The notes below the pieces were generated by a model. The model did not search any database and had not been told where the DNA came from. It saw only the letters and a program-made list of their open reading frames with translations. From Gonapodya sp. JEL0774 (lineage: Eukaryota): a DNA stretch of 64,000 nucleotides. The position numbers and the translations under genes are program-made. Location of the stretch: positions 124,001 through 188,000 of the forward strand of contig JADIIX010000009.1 of the NCBI GenBank assembly GCA_027604505.1, given 5' to 3'. This document shows positions 12,033 to 26,311 of this stretch, in pieces (positions within the stretch are counted from its first letter, which is position 1; every line of letters begins with the position of its first letter).

Positions 12033-13148
12033 TTACATTGGCTTAGCTCTCGTTTGTCGTATTATCCGGATGGAATTGTTGGCTAACAGATATTGAGCTC
12101 CAGACCACACCGTAGTTACCCCAACAACAAGACGGAGAATGTCCATGCCAATCCATCCTTGAAACTCCAGATAGGCAGCCGCTAGTGACCCGCCCATAAG
12201 GGAAAGCTGCAAGGCCGTGTTGATTTTGCTGATTGAAGTGGGCCGAACTTCGGCGCTGGGCAGGGTAAAGTCCCAATAGCGAGCAAATGTCCTCTGCAAC
12301 AAGACGTGTGAATTAAAACCACCTCTAAGCCGTGAAGATTTAACAGCACCCACGGGTGGTTGGAGAGATATCCACCGGACATAGAAAGCGCCCAGCGTCA
12401 GCCCAACATCACGGCCAATAATCACGATGGCAAGCCAATCTGGTTGCGAAACGGATCACCAACTCAAGGAAATGCTACTACTACCGATTACTTCCAGCAT
12501 ACCTGGCAAAAGCGATCCCCACCATAGCGACACAGTGAGCGTTGTCATTAACACTTTATCTGCCAGAGGGTCAAGTATGGTTCCTAAAACTGTTTGTTGG
12601 GCAAAGCGTCGTGCGATCCATCCATCCAGCTAAGATAAAACGATAGCCAATAGAAGAGAGAAGTGGCTTTGTCCACGTAATGCCTTGATTGCGAGACTTA
12701 CCAAGTCTGACACGCCCGCGATGCCGAATGCGATAAGACCCCAACCATAGTTTCCACTGGCAATGAGATAGCCAACAACAGGCGATAAAGCTATCCTCGA
12801 GATCGTGATAAGATTGGGTAACGTGCGAACGTCCTCGCGGAACTCCGTCTATTCGCGGAACCGGTGAGCTGACGTCCCACAATAAACCTCCTTAACCCAA
12901 CCCACTTTTCCTGAATACTCGATCGCCTTGGACGGTTTCGTGTCGGATTTGGATTGATGAGTGGAACTCAGGGGATGCTGAGCGTGGAATAATCTCCGGG
13001 CAGTGGATAAGGCGGTTGATGGCCGAAATCGAGCTAAATGAGGCCGATGCCGAAGAAGAGCGACGCAGACTTGATTGTTGAAATGGACATGGTGCAAGAG
13101 ATGGGGCAAGGCGTCTGGAAGAGAGAGAAACCCGTGCAGCAGAAGCAT
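12033..13148 (-). CDS. CRD1: Cardiolipin synthase (CDP-alcohol phosphatidyltransferase family); start approximate
   Basis: Spliced TLPNLITISRIALSP, SDLLDGWIARRFAQQTVLGTILDPLADKV (family signature), IIGRDV and EVRPTSISKINTALQ. Arg/Ser-rich presequence-like N-terminus. Confidence 0.88.
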
Positions 13149-14412
13149 TCTGCGTTTGAACTGATCAAGGGCATGACCACAGCGTTTGGGTGCCGGGGCC
13201 TGGCGCAAAACCCAGATACTCAACAGGCCGCGGAGGAATCCGTATTTTTGGTGTCAAAGTTTCAAGTTGCGTTCCAAAACGGTGACGGCGAATCGCTTCC
13301 ATTCGATCTACTCAATGTACTATGTACTTGCCTGGGGTGGCAATCGTCAAACATGTTGGGAGATCGAGTATCGTACCAAGTTGTGATGGTAACGCTCCAA
13401 CTTTTGCGAGATGCGTGCTGCTACCCAACCAGCCTATGAAGGCGTTCGATTCAGTTGGAATTGGAACGCTAAAATACTGAGTAAAGGTTCTGTTCGTCAG
13501 ACCCACTCCGATGACGCTAACCAGCACTCTGGAGTGTTCACACTAGTTACACGGTCATACTCGTACGGCTGGTGAATCGAGGAAGTTCAATCTACATCGA
13601 TTCTGCTGGGTTCCGGTTTGCTGCTGTTGTCGACTGACTCGAACGGGACACAGCAATGAACTGGAGCGCTGTATCTTTCAATCGGATATCGATAGGCAAA
13701 CAGGTCAACCGAAGAGAATTAAGGAAGGGGATTGACACGAGGGTCAATGGACAATCATCGGTGCAGTCTGATTACATACCGTGCTATCCGATTTCTGGCA
13801 ACATGGCAGTTCAAACCAGTGGACAACGATTGAACTCGGCAAATGGGAGGCGGGGGATTGAAGGAAGAGCTTTGGCTGACGCACTAGGAAACTCACAGAC
13901 ACCTGGACGATTGTTCCGCGAATGAATGCTCAATAAAGCAAGAGACATGAAGAGCGGATATCCAAAACGAAGCAATTTAGGATATCAATAGTTCTCGTTG
14001 AAGCGTAGGTCTTCAGTCCTCTTTTTGAGAGCGCCCCAATGAAATGTTGTACCAAGTCTGACGGAGAGTGCGTCTCGTGATTGGTGGTTGGAATGCAAGA
14101 TAAACAAGATCGGGTCGTGGGAAGTACTGGTTGCTGGTCACAATTGGTTAGTTAACCGCTGGATGTGCGATACTGATTTTGATGCGTGCAAGGTGTTTCA
14201 TTTGGAGAAGGACTGTGTGCTCCAGTATGAGCTATCGCAGTGCACTTGTGCGTTATGCTGGCCGACAGGACGTGGTGATAAATATTTCATGAACAGACCA
14301 GGGACCAGATCCGGTCTAGACAAAGCAAACTATTAGTTGAAGGGCATATACGATAGTTTTACGAGTACGTAGGAAATGCGCATGTGTGTAATTAATTATT
14401 GTAACCCTCCGA

Positions 14413-17400
14413 TCACCGGGTTGTCGGCATGGGTAACGCAACTTCCACAAACTTCTCTTTTTCTACAGCACGCCGCAACGTCATGACCGCCTGGGTGAAC
14501 TTGTCTCGGTTCTTCATGGACAGATTGTCTTCAATTCCCTCCATTAGTTGAGTTATGGCCTGCACAGGAGTAGTGGGGTTGAATACGATCGCCAACGCAG
14601 TCCCACGATTTTGGACCTACCTTGCTCAATATCTCCTGTCGTTCAGCATATTGAACACTAATGAACTTCCGCGTGAAATCCACAAAAGCCGTCTTGCACA
14701 GCAGAATGAGACCAAGAAGAGGTCGCGAAAGACTCCATTGATTGGAAGTCTCATCCAGGACAAGCAATTGCAGTATTTGTGCCATAATGAGCGGAAGGAT
14801 CTCACTGTACTGCTCCGCGCAGCGAACAATCAAGTGTGGCTCCATAGGTTTGACCCTTCGTGCGGGAGGTACGTTGGTCGACGTGAACAGGAAGGTCACG
14901 ACGTGGTCCAGGGTGAGGGCAGCCTCACTGGACGTGTTGGCTTGTAGAGATCGAAGACCGTCGATGCATGCCCGCATCATGTACAAGAATGTACCATCCG
15001 GGAGTGATTTGAGAGAGAAAATAAGTTCTGTCGTGAAAGTGTCCAAAAAGGCAAAAAAGGCCTTGTCACGCGATAGTGAGTGAGTATAATAGTTGTGCTT
15101 GAGTGAGCCAACTCTCTTACGTTCGTCAATTTTGGAAACGCAAGGATGTCATCCAGTGGCACGTCCAGCATCATTCGACAAACAACGTCAACCGCGGTAT
15201 CGAGTGCTCTGTCCTGATAGAGGTCGAACACCCCAAATGGTACGTATCTTCCCGCAATCGACAGTCGCATAATCGACCTGTAACACAGAAGGCAGTGATT
15301 CGCGGAATTTCATGGGTTTCAAAACTAAAGCATTTTCTCACAAGCAGACAGATATGCCTTTGAACTTGTCCTCGTACTTGCGTGTGTCACCGACATTGCG
15401 TCCGATAATGAAGCGTCCGTAAGTGTGAAGAACACGGGAAGTATCTCGGAACATGAGAATCCTGAAAAAATGGTAGTTGCAGACAACTCACAAAAACAGC
15501 GGTGTGACGGAAAAAATTAAGTCCAAGACGCACCCATTTGGCGAAGAGACATCAAAATTGAGTCTCTGCTGCTTGTTAGCCACAAACTCAGCGACAAATT
15601 TCAAAATAGTAATTGCGACAAAATTGTCGTGGTTTGCCTCCAAAGCGCGAAGTAGTCCAGGCATATATGGATGAAACCAGTCAAAGAAAAAAGTAAACTG
15701 TCGTCGGTTCTGCAATGGCGTAAGGAACCCTCTATCACAAAATTGTGGGCTGTTTAGAAGAGTTGCGAGGAAGCAAAACATTCTTCTACCTCATGTCCCT
15801 AAATAGTCCGTCCGTCACGACTTTGACATCATCTCGTCGTAGTTCTGCTGCATTGAGTTGGCTAAGTCTGTCCAACCGCTGACCCCATGGAGCCAGAAAG
15901 TCCAAAACCTCCCCTTCATCCACATCATCTCCCGCGAAGAGCAGTCTCGACAAAGCGCTGTAGAACTTGGATTGCAATGGGAAGTTTATAAACAAACCAT
16001 ACGCCGCAAACTAACCTTGGCAACTCACGAGGCTCCGATTTCTCTTTGCATACACGGAGGCTGTGGGGGATTGCAAGAATGGGAACTGCGAGTGATGGCT
16101 TATGACCGCGCTTGTCATTTCAAGCTTTCGAAGCATTTTCACACTTGAATAACCTTTCGATATGCAGATCATTCAAGATCGTCCTGGCTGAAGTAAATTA
16201 TGTAGGGGGGTCACCATACCTGTTGTCAGGTCGGCGAGGAGCTTTATGCTCGTGTGCATTATACTTTGCTTCTTAGTCCACGCTTGTAAGTTGCCGATGC
16301 TTGAGAAACATCATCACTAAACACTCAACTGTGAACTGTAAGCTCTCATACCCACAGTTTCCGCATAATCACATCGAGAACTGCGTTTTGATCTTGTAAG
16401 CCGCAAGAATCGGCAAGCTTAGCATACAGTTTGGTTGCTCTTTGGGCTTGATCACCGATGTAAGACTTCTTAAACGCTTGAAAGAAGCCAGCAAAACTGA
16501 GATCAAGCCGTGCAGAGGGCGAGCCGGATTCTGACAGCTTCAGTATGTTCAACACCTTGGAACAAAGTTCCCCGTCCAGCATGTCATCCTCATCGGAGCT
16601 CTGGTATCGGCATGAAAGGAGCGAGAATGTTAAAACATGATTTCCGGCGAGATGTAGGCTAGTGCTCCCTCACGTAGTATGGGGTTCGGGCGGCGACAAA
16701 TGCAGCAGCGACATTGATAAGCCAGGCCGTTCGGGCTGACTCCAACAGAATCAGATCCCCGTTGGCAAAGAAGCTGTAAGTTAACATACCTTCCGAAAGA
16801 ACACGGGCTCTACCAGGATCTTGAGGCTGTGATATTTGTCCGTTGGAAACGGCGTCTATGCAACTTGCGAGGTAGGATATTGCGGCGGAGTATGAAAACC
16901 GAGAAATGCTGGCGAGCTGTTCCAATAATACTGAATCCTCCCCGTCCTCTCCCGGAGCGCCAATCTCTGTGTCATCGTCACCATCTATGGCCACTCCTTC
17001 GTCTACAGCGGGAAGCACAGCAGATCCCGGGGTGGCTGGCGGATTATCCAGCCGTGCTCCCACAAATGTCCGCACGAGTTGAATGCACAGTTCTTTTATA
17101 CGTTCCACAAGCTTAGGTTTCACACTGGTCGTGAGGACTACCATCCGGGACCAGAACGACATCAGGTAACCAACACAATTATGCGCTGCTCCATTTTGGC
17201 CGAACGCAGAGTCCGTGATCTGCGCAACCTGTTCAAGCCAAGGGAGCGCGTCCTCTGCTTCGGAAACCTCTGAGAGCTGATAAACTGACTTCAACCGCGC
17301 CATACAGCGGCAGAACTCATGGAAAGTCGTTTCGTCAGCTAAACTTCGTCGGCCACGGCTCATCACTCCCAAAGTGCCTTTCAAAACATGCGCAAGAAAA

Positions 17401-18732
17401 TTCTTCTTTTCCTCCTCGCTGAACAGAGATCTGCGTGTGCTGACAATTAGTGCTAGAGATTCCATAACCTGCCGGTTGGACATCTGAATGGGAAGAAGCC
17501 CACTACCAACGAAACGTCCAGCACACTACCTGCGCTGTCAAAGGGGGCTCAAAGGCATCGAATGCGTCAAAAATGACTTGGAGCGTCCCAGGATCGCAGA
17601 TGAACGTTCGCCAAGAACCGGGTATTTGAACAGACCCAGTGGACTCTTCGGACTCCTCCGAGTTAGTACCTGAAAGATACAAAGTTTCACATTTCACAGG
17701 AGTACTTGAGTTCGCGTCAAGTCCGTAATTCTTACCAATAAAGTCGAAGTTGAGGCAGTTCTTGACGAGTAACAGACAAGCTTCCTTCATCCTAGCCTCC
17801 TGATTGACTAAGCAAAGGTCGTCAGAAGAGCCGAGTAAAAAAGGACAGCACCAATAGGAAACCCACTGTTGGTGAACACCATTTTCCGGTCCACCAGGGT
17901 TCGCAACATGCTCATTGACAACTGGAAGACCTCAAACAAATGAGAGTCACGAAAGCTCACAGCTAACAAGTGCACTTCGATTGAGGCGGGGTGGCATAGT
18001 TGGAGCGGAGCATTCACCGACCTGTTTTTCTGTGCCGCAGCAAATTCCGTTGTGGTTGGACTGGTGGGATACTCATTTCTCCCACCAACTGACCCAAGAG
18101 CAATAGACCAGTGACCGACAGATCGCTACCTGCCTGAGATTGGTTTGGTAATATTTGAGAGGGTTCTGAGGAGTACAAATCAAGAAAAGGATCCACCTGT
18201 AGAAACTTCCTAACATCCGTAACGATTTCTTTAAACGCGTCGTCATCAAGCCACCCTAGTCTTGTAATTTGGCACATGAGTTTGACGAAAGCATTCAACA
18301 CATAGTTGGGCAGTGTGGGATGCTGGTATATGTAGGTCAGTCCCAGTGTTCCTGCAAAGCAGCCAATTACAGGAGTCAATCCTGTTGGATTCCTTTTTGA
18401 TAAACGTTGGGGAACAACCTACGCAGAGCGAGTTTTTGCTCGGATAGCAAGATCGCCCAGTGATCACCGACGAGATTCGCCAGCAGCTGCAATGCAAAAA
18501 GCTGTGTCCATGGGGAGCTTGTGCGTTCCAGAAGAAATGACAATTTCGCAATAGTATCGCTCGGGCTCAGAGGAGTTTCAGTTGGTGACTGTGGTGCTCC
18601 TGCGAGTCCTCCAGCAATGTCATGGAAGGAAGGAAAGGTGGACACAAGAAACTGTGCCGCAGAACTGCGTGCATGAATGTCAGCTCCCGAGTATACGACC
18701 TCGCAAGCTTGCTCAATTTGGGACAGGGACAT
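14413..18732 (-). CDS. XPO7: Exportin-7 / RanBP16-17 family karyopherin, multi-exon
   Basis: ITRLGWLDD, SFRDSHLFEVFQLS, CLNFDFIG, FHEFCRCMARLKSVYQLSE, FKKSYIGDQAQR, QRLNFDVSSPNGILMFR, YVPFGVFDLYQDRALD, NQWSLSRPLLGLIL and NLSMKNRDKFTQ are all exportin-7 hallmarks. Confidence 0.93.
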
Positions 18733-18920
18733 TCTGGATTCGCCAGAGTATTCCGTTCTATGGGTGATCGAAAAATGACGATTCCACGGTCAGGGGAGGC
18801 GATGGGCAAGGAAAACAATCGTGAATGCAAATAGAGAGCACAGGTGTGATGGGGGATGGAAGTAAAGGACGCAATTGGTTTGGACTTTCTTCGCAAACTG
18901 CCTGTGTGTGGGGCAGCATA

Positions 18921-20227
18921 CTACTCTAATAACTGTTCATTCACAGTATTAAGATGGTACACTCTACACACTAACCGTTGTATGATTAAGTGGAATAGCT
19001 GGAGGTTGCTGGTTCAGGCGCGACTCCAGCGCTTTTAGAGCAAGTGTCCTGGGAGTGACCAAACAAGACAGATGGGCCACCTATTAACATCTAATTGACA
19101 GAAACGACTCACCGTCTTCTTTCGGCATCAGCTTCTTCAGATCCGGGTGGTGGGCGTTTCCTTGGAAGTTCGCTCTCGAGAGACGAACCAGCATTGGAGG
19201 CAGAAACAGAGCATATGCCAATGCCCACGAAAACATTGAACACCAGGTTCGAGATGGGCTTTATAAAAGGATGTGCAAGCTCGGGGAAGAAGCTGGCAAA
19301 TGAAAATGTTTCACTGCGATCTCCTCGGATTCCTGTGCATTTCGTCAGACGAGAATTAATGCTTGGCAGTTGCTAAAGACACTTCTCTCACCGTCCTGGA
19401 ACTTGTAAAAGCGAATGTAAATCCAAGACACGACTGTCCCGAATACAACTAAGCACAGTTCTGCTTGAATCAAGCCGGCAATGGAAAGAACGATGAACAA
19501 AGCAACGAAAATGGATGGCAGGTACTGTGGAAGGGTGCGGAGCAGTATGGAAACGTGGATTATTTAGCTAGGCAAGCAGTGCTTACTTTGACGCGAATAG
19601 AAAAGAGGTCCTGGAAGAACGACAAGCGGTGCTCTGGTACGACATTTTTGAATGCAACTAAGAATCCACTTGTTATGGCGAGGAGGCCGTTCGCTTGCGT
19701 ACCATATCTTGAAGAGATTACTACGCCGTCAGAGGACATAATGATGACGATGACGGCCAGCGCCAACCCACAGGTACTGAGATTTCCCGGTGGATGCGTA
19801 GAGGATAATGTACACTCCCATTGTCATGAAGAAGGATCCGGCATTGACGAGGAGGACAAAGATTCCCAACTGCTTCGCACCATACAGATTCTCTAGATAG
19901 CGGCCGCCAAACCAGAGAAATGTAAGATTCCCCACAAACGAAAATAGATTGGTTTCCAATAGTCCAGCAGTCACGAACACCCATGGATACATCCAGAACC
20001 CCGGTACTAAACCAAGCTTTCCTTGCGATATGGTATTTCACAGGTTAGACACGAGAGCAAGAAGTGCGAAGCCACAGAAGACAGCGCACCAAAGGGTTCA
20101 TTTGGGATGTGGGGTCATCATTGCCTTGTGATCCCCGAAGACTCAGATGGTTCAGAATAGAGATTGACGAAACTACCGCCACGATCGCGCGGGACAATGG
20201 GCCTCCCCTCAGCAGCGATGCTGACAT
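18921..20227 (-). CDS. TMEM115: TMEM115/DUF1751 rhomboid-like Golgi membrane protein
   Basis: YPWVFVTAGLLETN, GRYLENLYG, FLVAFKNVVPEH, SWIYIRFYK, GDRSETFSFASFFP and DAERRRTLALKALESRL. The last exon is uncertain. Confidence 0.85.
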
Positions 20228-20322
20228 TTGGAATTGAAATGTTGTGTGTGAGGCCGCTAGTGCTGGCGGGCCAGGTGCGATCCCCATCATAGCCAGGCAA
20301 TAAACAAATCACACAGTTCCCG

Positions 20323-23300
20323 ATGGAGTTCTGGCGCTCATTAGCCGGCCAAAAGACCGGCGCCGGGAGGGGAGGATCGTCGTCTGTGACAGGAAAATCC
20401 GATGGAGCGGCATTACAGAAGGCTTCACCGGAGCAGCTCGCCATTCAGCTCCAACATGTGAGCGCTGATCTCTTGAGTACTTTGGAACATTCCACAGAGA
20501 ACAACTTTCTCTATTAAGATTCTCTCTCAGCTGCGATCCGCTAATTCCAACGACACGAAAGTCGCAGTAGTGGAAGAACTATCAAAGTTTGCCCACTTCT
20601 ACGACGTATCCCATGAGTTAGACGAGGTCTGGGACGTCATCAAAGATTTTACCGGTGATTCTGATGAACGGACACGTAGATGCGGCTGGAGGTTTATTGC
20701 TGCAGTTGCAGAGGGGAACTACGAACAGTTGGGATTTCGGCGGGCAATGTTTCTGCGTGCCCTTTCACATCCGTCTAACCGCGGGAAAGATTTTCAGATG
20801 CAACTTGAACTGTTAATACTGTTGACCCGGGATGGTACGGATTCTGATGGTGTTGAGTTGGAAATATCAGAGGTTGTTCGTGGATGGTGTACGCAATTGT
20901 CTGGACAACTTGCAGCTCTTAGAACAAGTAAAGGCGTCAAGGGAGGTGCGCAGGTACTCATGGCAAGGGGTATGCGACCAATAGGATCCGGTTCGGATGT
21001 CGCTTCTTCGTCGCAATCATCAAGCTCCTCTCGATCGTTGGAACCAAGTGTGAGACAACCAGCGATACATCCAAGAACAATCGGCGCTGAGTCGATGACT
21101 CCATTGTCATTCAAGGAATTCTCCGTTTTGATCAGCTTAGTGGGTCGAACACTTCATAACAAAACTCCAGGAATAACTGGTATCGTGGAAGCGTCGCTGC
21201 TCGTGGACGTTGCCAGGATCCTTTCACTGTCAACAGATCCTCGGATCCGTGAGAACCTAGCGCCGGCGGATATCCTCGCAATCGACAACCTCGGCGAAGA
21301 GTCGCTCCACGCGCTGGAGGGAGCGTGGCTTCACTGCCGCAGTTTCTCCATGGTTTTGAAACCCTTGACGACGGCGTATAGCTGCGCTGTCGGTTCACCA
21401 GTATTGTTCAACCGTGCGTGGAGCACAGTCCGGAGTCTTCTTTTGTCTCGCTATGGTCAAAGTGTCAGCCAGACACTGTGTGACCTGATCGACCAACCCG
21501 AAGGCCAGGAAGCGCAGATTGCAGCGCGTGGAGCAGTCTTTTGTCTTGGTATGGCTAGTTGGGGCGCGCAGCGTGTGCTAGAGCTGACAGTCAGTCGTTA
21601 TCACATTCTTGTGTGTTTTCTTGAGGCGGCGAAACTCCAATGGGACCATGTAGACTACGAAATTCTTCTTAGCCTGCATTACTTGGTTGTGAACTCACTC
21701 ACGGAGTTGCTACTTGCGGAATGGCATGCAATTATAGAGATTTTGTTGCGTCTGAAAAGACACCACAGCCCGCCATTCACCGAGGTCCTACTCGAAGAAG
21801 AAACATCATATGTACCCAATGAAGTAAACACTCTCGCTACGACAGCATCACAAGTCTACTCCAGCATTCTGACCATAATATGGAGACACCAGCACCATCC
21901 GTCGGAGTCGTTTCCCGGGATGTCGGAGGAACTCATGGACCTGCAATTGGCATTGTGTGGTATCGAAATGCCTCGAATATCTCCGACGGACTTTTACCAA
22001 TCCTCTGCGACCTATGTGGCATTGCACCCCGACGTTAACGCCAAAGTTCCAAAGTCCTTGTACAATGACGTGAACTCGAGAAAGGCTTTGTCGCCGTCAC
22101 TTATACTTGAAATTCTGAACAACTTGGAGCTGTCTCAGCGACTTTCTCCCACGAACTCTGCGTGGCTGCACTTGCTCTCTGCCATGGGGCAATCATTTTT
22201 TGTTCACGAAACTCGGACACTGGTGCGGAAGGGATTTCTCGATATCGTCATGACTTTGTACTGGGTTCTCAGGGACAAGGACCGTTTAGCTGTTCTCCAG
22301 ACTGTCCTCTTTCCGTTTGTTTATGAGCGCCTAGCATCTGAGCGTGACCATGAGGTCATCGTCATCCTGATGAGATTTGCCGGTGGTGTTATATGGCATG
22401 AAACTCCACCGGTGTACTCGGGTTCAGATAGATTGGCGGCGCTACTCTTTGAATGTGCGACAGTCGAGGACGCCGCTGCTGCTCCAGAGTGCGCCAAGAT
22501 TGCCGTGCGGCTATTTTCGGGATGCTTGAGGGGATCATACTCCAGCAAATGGGCACCGATTGCTTTTAAAGCTTTGGTAGGAATAGCGGATCCGAAAAAC
22601 GGTAAGAATAAAGAATCTCGCTTGTGGGCCCTCAAAAGCTTGCTTGCCATTCGTGCGGACGCAGATTGGAGACTTTGGCAGGCAGAGGGAGTATATAAGG
22701 AGCAAGTCAATCATGCTGCACCGTCTACCGTTCACCCCCCTGCAATTTTCATGGACGTTGAAGACGAGGCGATGAGGGACGTGACATACATCCCCTCAAT
22801 AGTGTGTTTTATGACGAGGGATGAAAATTTAGAGGAAACTACCCCTGTGCAGCAGAGTGGCTCGATGACACAATCAGCAACCAAGGAAGTTGCCGATGAT
22901 GCGAGCTCTATATCGGACGACTCAGTTGTGGGTGATATTACATTTGCAACTGAGAGTGACATAGTCATTTCAATGGATCCAATGGTCGACTTGATGGTGG
23001 AGATTATCAAGACGGAGCATGATTACGATGTGTTTTCATTGGTTTTGGACGGTCTTTCGCAACAGCTCAGCTATATGCCCCTCTTTGAGAATTCGCGGAC
23101 TTGTCTTCAGAAACTTCGGGTTATTCTTTGCGATTCCATTCTGAACGATCAGCTTGCACCAAATTTGAAGCTGCCCAAAAACATGCGCAAAGCAGACCTA
23201 TATGTTCGCGCCTATCGCATCCTGGTTGCGGTACTTCCATATGCCAAGCAGTGCTTTAGCAAATCTGATCAAGATGAGATCGTACTTGCTTTTCAACTTG

Positions 23301-25691
23301 GTTTAACCAAATGGACACAAACTGCTGGCCCTTGTACTCATGCTCTTCTGCTCTGCATGTACGAGCTCCCATTGTCGATGGTTAAGCATCTGGTTGGGAC
23401 TCTGGGGCAAATGCAACGCAAATTATCAACAACGGCTATATCGGTCCACTTTTTGGAATTTCTAGTCTCGCTCATAAAGAAGCCAATTCTTTGGGCAAAT
23501 TTCGTGGAAGCAGACTATCAAAGGGTGTTCGCCATCGCCCTACAGTATATTCAGCACGCTGCATCCACTTCTGCATCTTCTGCTTCTCCTTCGGGAATGT
23601 TCGCGCCGAAGAGTGATCAAGCGTCTCAGCAGCCGGCCAAGGAATCATCACAAACAGCGCAGTCGCACTTCAGTCCTGTGGCTCAAAACGCACTCTCGCA
23701 ATACGTCATCTTCTTGGCATATCACACCATCACAGTGAGCGATTCTATACAGCGAACTTCCTCATGATTTGTGTGGATGTTGAACTAGTTTTCCTTTTGA
23801 AGCTGTGGTTTTCATCGTTACGGTTGTCCGACCGCCGAAGATTTGTACCGTATGTTCTGCGAAATCTGGCACTGGCGAATGGAACAACTCGTCCCATCGA
23901 CGAGCGGATCGAAGTTTGTGTGGACATGTTGATGCGATTCTCATACTCAAACGTGGATCCGAAACCTCAGAAGTCGCTTGTCAATAAAGTCATTTTTGAT
24001 AATGCACTTGCGGGTCAGGTACTGGCAAGAACGTGGCTACAAGGTGAGTTCGCGCCGTGTTATGATCGTCGGATGATAAGATACCAAGGCATTAGGACCA
24101 CACATTTGCCCTAGGGAACGCATTTGTAACAATAAAGGTCCTGAAATCATCAGGCTGGGCAGAAATATCTGTGCGACGCCCCACTGGTACCACTGTATTT
24201 CTCTCTCGCTTGGAGAATCGGATGCGGGGGGATGATATTGACATTGTGTCCCTAGCCGCTACCCTCATGACCGGTATCGGTGTTACTCAGCCCGCGCAAA
24301 CTGACTTTGTTGAAGACAGCCCTCCAAACTCACCAATGTTGCGACATGGGCGAACTGGATCGGAAGGGGCATTGAAAACAGCAGGTGACTTAATAGAGAT
24401 CTCGCAGGGAAGTGATTCGCTCAGGAGAGCACGAACGGATCCTAGCCGCCCACCTCAAACGCTCCTCAATACCAGAAAAGGGGGCAAAAATTTTGCCGGC
24501 AACAGCTCGGAACCGGCTGCTCTTCATAAGGATGTAGAGTCTGAGGGCATCGATCGAACAAGTGCGCGGCCTTCATCTTGGGCAAACATTCGAGCCGCTT
24601 TGGTATCCGATCCACTCGTTAAAACGTCTTTGGAAGGTGGTAATGGCTATGCAGGTACTCGTAAGGAGGATTCTCAGCTGTTTGAGCCCGCATTCGTGTT
24701 CTCAAGCCTCTCAGTATTCCCTGACTACAGTCAGAGGGACGAACAGGTGAGGCTTCTTCCCGACGATAACGTAACTTCTCGTGCATTGTCCGTGATGGAC
24801 AGAACTCCTCTGGTGGATTTCATCAAGGTCGGGGTTGTTTATGTTGCCCCTGGACAGTCAACAGAGGGAGATATCCTCAGGAACAGTAGTGGCTCCATCG
24901 CATACTTGGAGTTTATTAAGAGTATAGGCAAATTTTTCAGGCTGAAAGGCTGTACGGACATTTATACTGGTGGTTTGGACACGGAAATGGACATGGATGG
25001 CGCTGAAGCTCTCTTTTACGATGAGGGTAGAGGGCAATTCATATTCCACTGCACTACGTTGATGCCTAACCACGAGCATGACGTGAACTGTACAGCCAAG
25101 AAGCGGCACATAGGGAACGATTATGTTTTGATCGTATGGAACGAGGGAGGTCGACCATTCGAGTTCAGGACGATACCGGGACAGTTCAATTTTATCAATA
25201 TCATCATCGAACCAGTAGACTCTCGCTTTGGACTTGCGACTGAGCAGACCCGGAGATCGCCAGAGAACACTTATTACCGGGTGTCGACGCAACGACGTGA
25301 AGACATGCCAGAATTTGGACCTGTTTCAGATCCAAAACTAGTATCTGCTCTGAGTCTCCCAGGGTTTGTCCGCCACCTTGCGTCAACCGCCGACGTGTTT
25401 TCTCAGCTCTTCTATAAGCAGACAACGGGTACGACACTGGAGGAATGGGTTTCAAACTGGCGAGAGAGATTGAGAGCAATCAAACGAGTGCGAGAGCAAC
25501 CGCAGGCACAGACACAATCTGGTCATACGACACCCCCCGCGCGTCAAATATCTGCAACGACTTTACCTTCACCCACTCTAACGAACTCGGGCTTGAGTGC
25601 AGCGATCGGCGGAGGCACAAGGATGTACCCTACCAGTGTTGCCCATACCGAACAATTGGACGTTATTCTGGACTTCACGAGGAACACTTAG
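20323..25691 (+). CDS. TSC2: Tuberin (TSC2), Rheb GAP: N-terminal DUF3384/tuberin domains and C-terminal Rap-GAP domain
   Basis: RGAVFCLGMASWG, HALLLCMYELPLS, VHFLEFL, YQRVFAIALQYIQ, KVGVVYVAPGQ, YTGGLD, IFHCTTLMP and KKRHIGNDYV (Asn thumb). Introns near 20458-20530, 23735-23802 and 24043-24114. Confidence 0.95.
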
Positions 25692-26311
25692 ATGGTGAAA
25701 GTAAAATGTGTACATATGCGTTAGGAATTTGCTGAAGATGTGCCCTGTTGGTTGTGGCCGTGTCATGCACAAATATGGGACCCTCCCCTACCAAACAACT
25801 ATGGAGCATCCATCATTTACCTCTAGCAGCTCTTTCCGTGACCGGTAGGCTCTTCTTCCTGTTGGGAATGCATCTCAGAATCTATTCTTGAGGTAATTGT
25901 CCGTATCCTGGCCGATGCGATGATTTGTGACGTACACAAGGAAATTGTGGCTTGGAACGCTAACGAAGGGCATAGACGATGTTTTGGAGGGCTCAATCGA
26001 ATCCAATTTGTAAGTGGACGTTGCGAGTGGGTATCTTTACCATTGAAAACCATTCTGACTGCACTTCCAAAGCTCTCGCTCTACTATCTGGAGACGAGAT
26101 GTGCGAAAAGAGTAAGTCATCGACTGTATCCCTTCTAGTACGCAGAGACTCTTAGCCCGCGTGCTGCGGATTCCGTTAGGACATTATTCGGTTTAGCGCT
26201 CTTTATGAATCCTCTGGATTGTCTGGATGTGTGGCAAGTAGCAGGCAATCGACAGGTAAGAACTTAGGCACTGTTTTTTTAAGAAGCCCTGGCTAACTCT
26301 GAACGTGGCAT

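Noticed and set aside
13324..13345. GTACTTGCCTGG resembling the U1 snRNA 5' end (ATACTTACCTGG)
   Set aside because: Two mismatches in the invariant segment, and no U1A loop (ATTGCAC) or Sm site at the expected distance.
13434..13480. Peptide EGVRFSWNW resembling the Sec23 N-terminus
   Set aside because: It is an isolated 7-residue match with no following Sec23 zinc finger or trunk sequence.
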